64,000 bases of DNA from Candidatus Falkowbacteria bacterium (lineage in GTDB: Bacteria; Patescibacteriota; Patescibacteriia; Patescibacteriales; UBA12465): positions 17,997 to 81,996 of the forward strand of contig JBAXPN010000004.1 of assembly GCA_037132255.1 (NCBI GenBank). Direction: 5' to 3'. Shown here piece after piece: positions 56,778 to 64,000 of the stretch. The notes under the pieces are model-generated. The model saw only the letters and a program-made list of their open reading frames with translations. It was not told where the DNA came from and searched no databases. Position 1 is the stretch's first letter. Each line of letters opens with the position of its first letter. Both the position numbers and the translations under genes were made by a program.

Positions 56778-58166
56778 CTATATTTTAGCGCGGAAAAAAT
56801 TTTCTAGTTCAGATATTTTTATTCTTTCTTGCTTCATAGTATCGCGATCGCGAACGGTAACTTCTAAATTTTCTAGCGTATCAAAATCAATTGTGAGACA
56901 ATACGGCGTTCCAATTTCGTCCTGACGACGGTAGCGCTTACCAATATTTCCGTTATCATCAAATTCACAACGCCAATTTAATTTTAAAGCGTCGAATACT
57001 TCACGTGCCTTCGCCACTAATTCCGGCTTATTCTTTAATAGTGGAAAGACAGCAATTTTAATCGGTGCTAATTTTGGCGGAAAAGTGAGAACGATTCGTG
57101 TTTCGCCTTCAAGCTCTTCTTCCTTATATGCTTCAGTTAATATCGCTAAGAAGGTTCTCCCAACTCCGGCCGATGTTTCAACAATATGCGGCACGTATTT
57201 TTGGTTCGTTACTGGATCTAAATAATTTAATTCTTTTCCCGACGCTTTGCTATGTGCGCTTAAATCATAATCACCGCGCGCATGGACGCCTTCTAATTCT
57301 TTAAAGCCAAAAGGAAAATTATATTCGATATCATAAGCCTCTTTCGCGTAGAAAACTAGATTCTCATGCTTATGCCATTTTAAATTTTCTTCTTTAATAC
57401 CTAAATCAAGATAAAATTGCCAACGCGCTTCCCGCCATTCGTTATAATATTTCATTTCGTCTTCCGGTTTTACGAAATATTGCATTTCCATCTGCTCGAA
57501 TTCACGAGTTCGAAAAATAAATTGGCGCGCCGTAATTTCATTTCGGAACGCTTTCCCGATTTGCGCGATACCAAACGGTACACGAACGCGTGCCGTATCT
57601 AAAACATTTTTATAATTAACATAAATTCCCTGGCAGGTTTCACCGCGTAAATATGTCGGCTCCTTCGTCCAATCGCTTGTAAAATTTCCTAAATTAGATT
57701 GCACAAGCAAATTAAACTTTTTTCCGGGCGTAAAATTCTTTTCGCCGCAATTCGGACATTTAATTTTATCTTTATTATCATCAAAAATTTTATTTATTTC
57801 TTCTTCGCTCATTTTTTCATCGGCGAATATCCCGGCATCTTCAAGTAAGCTATCAAGACGCAAACGACTATGACATTTTTTACATTCGGTTAGCGGATCA
57901 GAAAAACCTTTAACATGACCCGAGGCCTCCCATATTTTTGGGCTCATGAAAATCGCCGAATCGAGTCCGACAACGTCATCGCGAAGCTGCGTCATGGATC
58001 GCCACCATTCTTTTTTAATATTATTAGCGAGCTCTACACCATAAGGACCAAAATCATAGACGGCCGTAAAACCATCATAGATTTCCGATGACGGGAAAAC
58101 AAATCCGCGACGCTTACAAAGCGAAACTAATTTTTCAAGAGAATTGTCTTGTTCTTTTTTCTTCAT
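56778..58166 (-). CDS. glyQS: Glycyl-tRNA synthetase (homodimeric alpha2 type)
   Basis: LVSLCKRRGFVFPSSEIYDG, FRNEITARQFIFRTREFEQME (motif 2) and ETSAGVGR (motif 3). I chose Met19 of the track ORF, which removes the overlap with argS. Confidence 0.93.
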   Translation of the reverse strand: MKKKEQDNSLEKLVSLCKRRGFVFPSSEIYDGFTAVYDFGPYGVELANNIKKEWWRSMTQLRDDVVGLDSAIFMSPKIWEASGHVKGFSDPLTECKKCHSRLRLDSLLEDAGIFADEKMSEEEINKIFDDNKDKIKCPNCGEKNFTPGKKFNLLVQSNLGNFTSDWTKEPTYLRGETCQGIYVNYKNVLDTARVRVPFGIAQIGKAFRNEITARQFIFRTREFEQMEMQYFVKPEDEMKYYNEWREARWQFYLDLGIKEENLKWHKHENLVFYAKEAYDIEYNFPFGFKELEGVHARGDYDLSAHSKASGKELNYLDPVTNQKYVPHIVETSAGVGRTFLAILTEAYKEEELEGETRIVLTFPPKLAPIKIAVFPLLKNKPELVAKAREVFDALKLNWRCEFDDNGNIGKRYRRQDEIGTPYCLTIDFDTLENLEVTVRDRDTMKQERIKISELENFFRAKI

Positions 58167-58176
58167 ATAATTATTC

Positions 58177-59877
58177 TTACATTTCTTCGACGACTTTAAG
58201 TCCGAGAACATTAAAACCATTATTTAATACTTGGGCCACCGCTTTTATCAGCGCTAAGCGCGCGCGACGAATCCTTGGCTCTGCCTTCAATATATTTACT
58301 CCATGATAATAATCATTGAATAATTGCACTAATTCAAATAAATATTTTGTTAACTCACTTGGATTATATTTTTCACTCGCGGTTTTTATTAATTCCGGAT
58401 AACGAGCTAATTTCATTAGGAGCTCCTTTTCTTTTATTTCTCGCAAACAATTTAAATTAACCGGCGAGGCAAATATGCCCAGAGCTTCTTTACGGACAAT
58501 ACTCTTTAAACGAGCGTATCCGTATTGTAGATAACAAGCGGTATAACCGTCAAATCGAAGTGACTCGTCAATATTAAAGGTAATAATTTTATCGGCGCTA
58601 ACTTTCAGCATCTCAAATTTAATGGTCGATATTGTTAAATTCCAGGCAACTTGTCGAACGCGGTCGTTTGTCCAGTCTTCATGGCGCTTTTTTGTCTCCA
58701 AGCTTAAATTTTCCCAAATTTTATTTTTAAGTTCCTCATAAGTAATAACATTACCAGTTCGAGAAGACATCATGCCGTCGGGCAAAGTAACAAAATCATA
58801 AGACAAATGCTTCAATTTTTGAGTATAACCGATAAGCTCGAAAATTTTGGCTAATTGTTGGAAATAGAGACTTTGGCGAATATCAACCACATATATAGAC
58901 TCCTCAACTTTATATTTTTTAAATTTCTCTTGAGCTAATGCCAAGTCGGCGACTGGATAAAGCGCTGTACCGTCTGTTCTAATCACCGGCAATACGCCCA
59001 AATTATATTTTTCTAAATTAGCGATAATAGCACCTTCACTTTTAATTAACTGGCCAGATTTAATTAATTCATTCGCTAATTTAAGTCCAGAATCAATAAA
59101 TTCGTTTTCATAAAAAATATGATCGAACTTAATGCCTAGCTCGTGATAGATTGAATTAAAATATTTAATGCTCCAGGACCGTGTTTCTTCCCATAATTCA
59201 TAAGAAGCGCCACTACGGCTTTCAATTTCTTTCATGATAGCCACAACTTTCTCTTTATTTTCTGGATGCTCAGCTAATTCTTGGCTCGCTTCGCTATAGC
59301 ATTTACCAAGAAGATATCCTTTATCTTCCGAACTTTCTTCATATTTTTTGTTTCTTTGCCAATTCCAGAGTGTTTTTGCCACATGGATACCGAAATCATT
59401 AATATAGGAGACAGGAATAGATTCGTAACCGTTAGCATTTAAAAGATGATTAATAGCATCGCCGTAAGCAACGTTGCGCAAATGACCAACATGATATTCT
59501 TTATGAGTATTGCCATTAGAATATTCAATCATTATTTTTTTTCCTGCGCCAGATTTATTTGATCCATAGCTATTCTTAGTCTTTTTTATAGCGCTGATTA
59601 CTCGATCGGCAAGATATTCAGAGCTAATAAAAAAATTTAAATATGGCCCAACGGCTTTAATTTCAAAGAAGTATTTTTTTAGTTTTCTTTGTGCTCCAAG
59701 TTTAAGTGCTAAGGAACTAGCGGCTTCTGCCGGGTTAATTTTTCGTTCCTTTGCTATTTCAAAACAGGCTAAACTCAAATCACCGAGAGCGCTATTCGGT
59801 GGATAAGAAAAGTTTGCCTCTTTTAGCTTTAATTCTTTAGTAATTTGTTGTTTAAGATTTTCGAGAACTGTGAGCAT
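58177..59877 (-). CDS. argS: Arginyl-tRNA synthetase
   Basis: NGNTHKEYHVGHLRN (HIGH), MSSRTG (KMSKS-like), and a C-terminal DALR anticodon-binding helix bundle. Confidence 0.95.
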   Translation of the reverse strand: MLTVLENLKQQITKELKLKEANFSYPPNSALGDLSLACFEIAKERKINPAEAASSLALKLGAQRKLKKYFFEIKAVGPYLNFFISSEYLADRVISAIKKTKNSYGSNKSGAGKKIMIEYSNGNTHKEYHVGHLRNVAYGDAINHLLNANGYESIPVSYINDFGIHVAKTLWNWQRNKKYEESSEDKGYLLGKCYSEASQELAEHPENKEKVVAIMKEIESRSGASYELWEETRSWSIKYFNSIYHELGIKFDHIFYENEFIDSGLKLANELIKSGQLIKSEGAIIANLEKYNLGVLPVIRTDGTALYPVADLALAQEKFKKYKVEESIYVVDIRQSLYFQQLAKIFELIGYTQKLKHLSYDFVTLPDGMMSSRTGNVITYEELKNKIWENLSLETKKRHEDWTNDRVRQVAWNLTISTIKFEMLKVSADKIITFNIDESLRFDGYTACYLQYGYARLKSIVRKEALGIFASPVNLNCLREIKEKELLMKLARYPELIKTASEKYNPSELTKYLFELVQLFNDYYHGVNILKAEPRIRRARLALIKAVAQVLNNGFNVLGLKVVEEM

Positions 59878-59940
59878 AAAATATTTCCCTTAAATACATC
59901 CTTCTAATAACGAAATTATTTGGTATAAATTATTGAATTA

Positions 59941-59949
59941 TGTTATAAT
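59941..59949 (+). promoter_or_regulatory. Extended -10 promoter for the membrane protein / pilB operon
   Basis: TGTTATAAT lies 43 nt before the ATG at 59993. Confidence 0.45.
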
Positions 59950-59992
59950 AATATCAGACTTTTTTAAGTTTTTCAATTAATTTTAAACAAAT

Positions 59993-60970
59993 ATGTTCTC
60001 TTATCGATCAATTTTAAAACAAGCTCTAAGTATCGCCTGGAAAAACAAGTATTTGTGGTTTTTTGGGCTCTTTGCCTCCCTGGCGGTCGCCGGTGGTTCA
60101 ATGGAATATCAATTTGTCACTCAGAGTCTGACATCTGGCATTGTCGATGGAACCTATCAAAGTTTAAGTGGTCTTTTGGCTCTAAGTTATTTAGTTCAGC
60201 AGGTCTGGCTCGGTTTCGTTGATCTATTTAGCCAAAATATTATCATAATCATCAACACCGTTACAATTTTGCTTCTAACCCTGACTCTTATCGCCGTTTT
60301 CATCTGGCTAGCCATCAGCTCACAGGCCGCCCTTGTCGATAATGTCAAAAAAATTCTAACACCAAAGAAAAAATTAAGTGTCGCCAGTATACGCGAAGGC
60401 TTAACAACTGGTAGCCGTCATTTTTGGTCAGTACTGGGCTTAAATATCTTGATAAAAATTCTCACCGGGTTTGCCTTCTTTATTGTCAGCTTACCTTTAT
60501 TATTTCTTGTTATAAGTGATGACAGTACTTTCGTTGTCGCCTATACAATCTTATTTGTAATCTTTGTACCAATTGCCGTTTCTCTTTCCCTAATCGTTAA
60601 ATACGCAATCTCCTGCCGCGTTCTAGAAAATAAAACAGTTTTAGAATCATTAAAATTTGCGGTTAAACTCTTTAAGAAAAATTGGCTTATCAGCCTTGAA
60701 ATTGCGCTTATCCTTTTCTTAGTCAGTTTTTTGGCAAGTTTAGGAATACTCCTCGCGATTTCTATTATCTTTTTCCCTCTACTTTGGATGGGGATTGTTT
60801 TCTCAATCAATTGGTTAATATTTATAATGTTATTCCTTTGTCTTGTCGCCGCCGCTACTTTCGGCTCACTATACACAACTTTCCAAATTGCAACTTGGAC
60901 CGACCTTTATTTACGTCTTAAAGATAATAAGGGTACCGCTAAACTAGAAAGACTATTCCAAAAAAAATAA
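59993..60970 (+). CDS. Polytopic membrane protein, unknown function (325 aa)
   Basis: About 6-7 TM helices. Its stop is 3 nt before the pilB start, so the two are probably co-transcribed. Confidence 0.7.
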   Translation: MFSYRSILKQALSIAWKNKYLWFFGLFASLAVAGGSMEYQFVTQSLTSGIVDGTYQSLSGLLALSYLVQQVWLGFVDLFSQNIIIIINTVTILLLTLTLIAVFIWLAISSQAALVDNVKKILTPKKKLSVASIREGLTTGSRHFWSVLGLNILIKILTGFAFFIVSLPLLFLVISDDSTFVVAYTILFVIFVPIAVSLSLIVKYAISCRVLENKTVLESLKFAVKLFKKNWLISLEIALILFLVSFLASLGILLAISIIFFPLLWMGIVFSINWLIFIMLFLCLVAAATFGSLYTTFQIATWTDLYLRLKDNKGTAKLERLFQKK

Positions 60971-60973
60971 ATT

Positions 60974-63900
60974 ATGAGTGACTTAGCCTCAATAGAAAAT
61001 TTAATTAATCCGACCGATGACGAAGAAAGTGTCACCGGTCGTTTTGCTAAAAAGCAAGGCGAAATTAAGTTAAAGGAAATTGAAAAGCAAACCGAGGGCC
61101 AAGCCCAGTCGGCCGGTTTGTCTTATGTTAATCTTTTTGGTTTTCCGATTAGTCCTGAGGCCCTGGTTTTAGTCCAAGAAGAAAGAGCCAAAGAATTAAA
61201 CGCTATTTGTTTCTTTTACGATGGCGGAAACATCCGTATCGGCTGTTTAGAGGCAACTGCTGAAGTAAAGGCCGAGCTCGCTCTTTTATGTGAACAATAT
61301 TTCGCTGAAGGTCGTTTATATTTAATTTCAAAAAGTAGTTTTGACTATGCGCTCGAAGCCTATAAAAGCATTCCGAAGATTAAACGTTACGAAAGTGGCG
61401 TTGAGATTAGCGAAGAGAGTTTAGAAAAATTTAAAGAAGACATTTCCAATTATAAAAATTTAAACGATAAAATTAATGACGTTAATATTACCGATGTTAT
61501 TACTTTAATGCTCGCAACCGCAATGAAAGTCGGCGCGAGCGATCTTCATATTGAAGCCGAAGAAAATGGCGTCGCAATCAGAATTAGAATTGATGGTGTT
61601 TTACAAGATGCTGCCATGGTTAATCGAGATAAATGGAAAAAAATTATTTCCCGCTTAAAAATTCTGGCTCGTGTAAAAATCAACATCGAAGATAAACCCC
61701 AAGACGGACGCTATACAATATATTTAAAAACAAAAAAAATTGATGTCCGCTGTTCCTTTTTACCAACCGCATATGGCGAAAGCGTTGTTATGCGTCTCCT
61801 TGATTCTTCTGACGCCTCTTTAGAACTCGAGAAATTAGGCGTTCGTCCGGAAATAATGCCAATTTTGGAAAGAGAGGTCGCTAAGCCGAACGGTTTGATC
61901 TTAACAACTGGGCCAACCGGAAGCGGTAAGACAACCACTCTCTACTCAATTATTAATAAATTAAATAAACCGGGAACTAAAATCATTACCCTTGAAGACC
62001 CGATTGAATATCAATTAAAAGGTATTAACCAAAGCCAAGTTGATGTTAAACGCGGCTATACTTTTTCTGATGGCTTGCGTTCCGTTTTAAGACAGGACCC
62101 AAACGTCGTAATGATCGGAGAAATACGTGATTTAGAAACTGCCGAGATTGCTGTTCAAGCCTCTCTAACCGGGCATCTTGTTCTCTCGACACTCCATACT
62201 AATGATGCCGCTGGCGTTATCCCACGTTTAATCGATATTGGCGTCAAACCATATTTTCTTGTTCCGTCTATCAACGCTGTTATCGGCCAACGTCTTCTGC
62301 GTAAACTCTGCCCTTACTGTCGCGCGCCGCATGAGCTCACTATTGATGAGAACGAACAAGTAAGTAAAATTTTAGCCGTAATCTCACCAAAGGCCGGATT
62401 AAATGTTCCAGCGACTCTGCCAAAAATCTATCAAGCTGGGCCCGGTTGCGAACATTGTAATTTCATTGGCTATAAGGGCCGCATTGGAATATACGAGGTG
62501 TTCACGATGAATGATAATATCAAACAATTAACTATTGATAGCGCACCATCTTTTAAAATATTACAACAAGCCATTGAAAATGGAATGATTACCATGCTTC
62601 AAGATGGAGTTCTCAAAACTCTTGAAGGAGTAACCTCTTTAGATGAAGTTTATCGCGTGGTTGGTAATTTCGATTATATTAATGAGCTTTATGATATCGT
62701 CATTTCGCAAACTATTGGACGCGGCGTCAAGATCAAAGCCGAAGAATATAAAATGGCTGAATCTCTGGGCCAAAATATCGAACAAATCGCCGCTCACGTC
62801 AAAGAAATCCCTACCTCTCAATTGATTAATTTAATTATGGCTCTTGCTGTTGTCAGCGATGCCGGCGATATTCATATTGAACCGACCGAAACAGCAGTTA
62901 GTATTCGCTTCCGTATTGATGGTGTTCTCCATGATATCGTAAAATTACCAAAAACTAGTTATTTGCCATTACTTTCAGAAATAAAAATTTTAGCCGGTGA
63001 AGCCACAAATATTAAGCGCGCCACTTTCGATGGCCGTTTCAGTGTTTACTTGCCGGGCCGCAAATTAGATTGTCGTTTATCAATTATTGCCGGTGGATAC
63101 GGTGAAACAATCGTTATTCGTTTACTCGCTACTAACGCCGTCAATTTAGATATGGATAAACTAGGAATTACTTCGGTCGCTTACGACTCTCTACAATTAG
63201 CGATGAAAAAAACTCGAGGTATTATTATTACCACCGGTCCAACTGGCAGCGGTAAAACAACTACTCTTTATAGTGTTTTAAATAAATTGAATAAACCAGA
63301 CGTTAAAATAATTACCGTTGAAGATCCAATTGAATATCAATTAGCAGGCGTTATGCAAACTCAAATTGATGAGGAGCGCGGATATACTTTTGCTTCAGCC
63401 ATGCGCTCACTACTTCGCCAAAATCCGAACATCATGATGATCGGAGAAATTCGTGATACCGAGACCGCAAAGATTGCTATGGAAGCATCTCTTACTGGCC
63501 ATTTGGTCCTCTCGACTATCCATGCCAATAGTGCCGCCGGAGCCATTTCCCGTTTTGCCGGGCTCGGTCTTGATCGCCAAACACTCGCAAATGCAATTGA
63601 ATTCACAATCGGCCAACGCCTAGTACGTCGTCTTTGTCCTTATTGCAAACAAACATTCGAATTAATACCTGAGGACCTAAAGCGCGTGCAAGATGTTTTA
63701 GGGCAAATTAATAATCCCGGAATTAAGATTCCAGAGAAACTAGTCTTTTACCATGGTGTCGGTTGCGAGAAATGCGGCCAAATCGGATATAAAGGCCGAC
63801 TTGGTTTATATGAAACAATTACCATGACTCCGGAAATTCAAAAATTAATTCAACGTCCGGAGGTAACTGATTACGACATTGAACAAGCGGCCATAAAAAA

Positions 63901-63985
63901 TGGCACCATCATAATGTTGCAAGATGGTATTCTAAAAGCGCTGGCAGGAGAAACAAGTATCGAAGAAGTCTTTAGAGTGATTTAA
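60974..63985 (+). CDS. pilB: Tandem-duplicated type IV pilus / T2SS-family assembly ATPase (PilB/GspE-like): two complete ATPase modules in one 1003-aa chain
   Basis: Module 1 is ~60974-62662 and module 2 ~62663-63982. Walker A GPTGSGKTTTLYS occurs at 61910 and 63236. The Asp box is IITLEDPIEYQL / IITVEDPIEYQL. Walker B is VVMIGEIRD / IMMIGEIRD. The His box is TGHLVLSTLHTNDA / TGHLVLSTIHANSA. The tetracysteine motif is CPYC...CEHC / CPYC...CEKC. Confidence 0.9.
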   Translation: MSDLASIENLINPTDDEESVTGRFAKKQGEIKLKEIEKQTEGQAQSAGLSYVNLFGFPISPEALVLVQEERAKELNAICFFYDGGNIRIGCLEATAEVKAELALLCEQYFAEGRLYLISKSSFDYALEAYKSIPKIKRYESGVEISEESLEKFKEDISNYKNLNDKINDVNITDVITLMLATAMKVGASDLHIEAEENGVAIRIRIDGVLQDAAMVNRDKWKKIISRLKILARVKINIEDKPQDGRYTIYLKTKKIDVRCSFLPTAYGESVVMRLLDSSDASLELEKLGVRPEIMPILEREVAKPNGLILTTGPTGSGKTTTLYSIINKLNKPGTKIITLEDPIEYQLKGINQSQVDVKRGYTFSDGLRSVLRQDPNVVMIGEIRDLETAEIAVQASLTGHLVLSTLHTNDAAGVIPRLIDIGVKPYFLVPSINAVIGQRLLRKLCPYCRAPHELTIDENEQVSKILAVISPKAGLNVPATLPKIYQAGPGCEHCNFIGYKGRIGIYEVFTMNDNIKQLTIDSAPSFKILQQAIENGMITMLQDGVLKTLEGVTSLDEVYRVVGNFDYINELYDIVISQTIGRGVKIKAEEYKMAESLGQNIEQIAAHVKEIPTSQLINLIMALAVVSDAGDIHIEPTETAVSIRFRIDGVLHDIVKLPKTSYLPLLSEIKILAGEATNIKRATFDGRFSVYLPGRKLDCRLSIIAGGYGETIVIRLLATNAVNLDMDKLGITSVAYDSLQLAMKKTRGIIITTGPTGSGKTTTLYSVLNKLNKPDVKIITVEDPIEYQLAGVMQTQIDEERGYTFASAMRSLLRQNPNIMMIGEIRDTETAKIAMEASLTGHLVLSTIHANSAAGAISRFAGLGLDRQTLANAIEFTIGQRLVRRLCPYCKQTFELIPEDLKRVQDVLGQINNPGIKIPEKLVFYHGVGCEKCGQIGYKGRLGLYETITMTPEIQKLIQRPEVTDYDIEQAAIKNGTIIMLQDGILKALAGETSIEEVFRVI

Positions 63986-64000
63986 TATATATTTATGATT

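Noticed and set aside
63995-64000. An ATG 10 nt after the pilB stop, possibly the next pilus gene.
   Set aside because: Only 6 nt are inside the window, so nothing can be supported.

Overview
This is a 64-kb, low-GC, gene-dense bacterial window with about 50 CDS, 42 of them on the minus strand. I saw no rRNA, tRNA, CRISPR array, transposase, integrase or reverse transcriptase. The standard bacterial code applies: TAA, TAG and TGA all end good ORFs, and a 1936-aa ORF is uninterrupted. The gene content points to a Candidate Phyla Radiation / Patescibacteria (Parcubacteria-like) organism, but that placement is inference. The supporting content is nrdD + nrdR, ftsA/ftsZ with no mur genes nearby, secDF, clpP, a short Rel, a stand-alone ComEC beta-lactamase domain, type IV pilus genes, giant cysteine-rich surface proteins, many single-pass orphans and rare Shine-Dalgarno sites. 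Housekeeping genes I recognise confidently are nrdD (partial), nrdR, ftsZ, ftsA, secD, secF, clpP, rel, rpsU, hisS, lepB, queA, ruvB, a UvrD-type helicase-nuclease, an M16 peptidase, radC, rmuC, mscL, gyrA, ndk, glyQS and argS. Six things deserve a second look. (1) A 14.3-kb seven-gene surface-protein operon (14551-28801) whose two giant proteins share an N-terminal signal-peptide plus double-TM module that looks like a VirB2/TrbC-type T4SS pilin. (2) A 1003-aa ORF containing two complete PilB/GspE ATPase modules. (3) pilD co-operonic with two GT2 glycosyltransferases and a Wzy_C-TPR protein. (4) A promoter-to-terminator cassette holding tandem mosaic lipoprotein paralogues. (5) An unlisted 54-aa lysine-repeat protein. 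(6) A promoter bracketed by a 9-bp inverted repeat. All homology calls come from reading motifs by eye; no searches were run.
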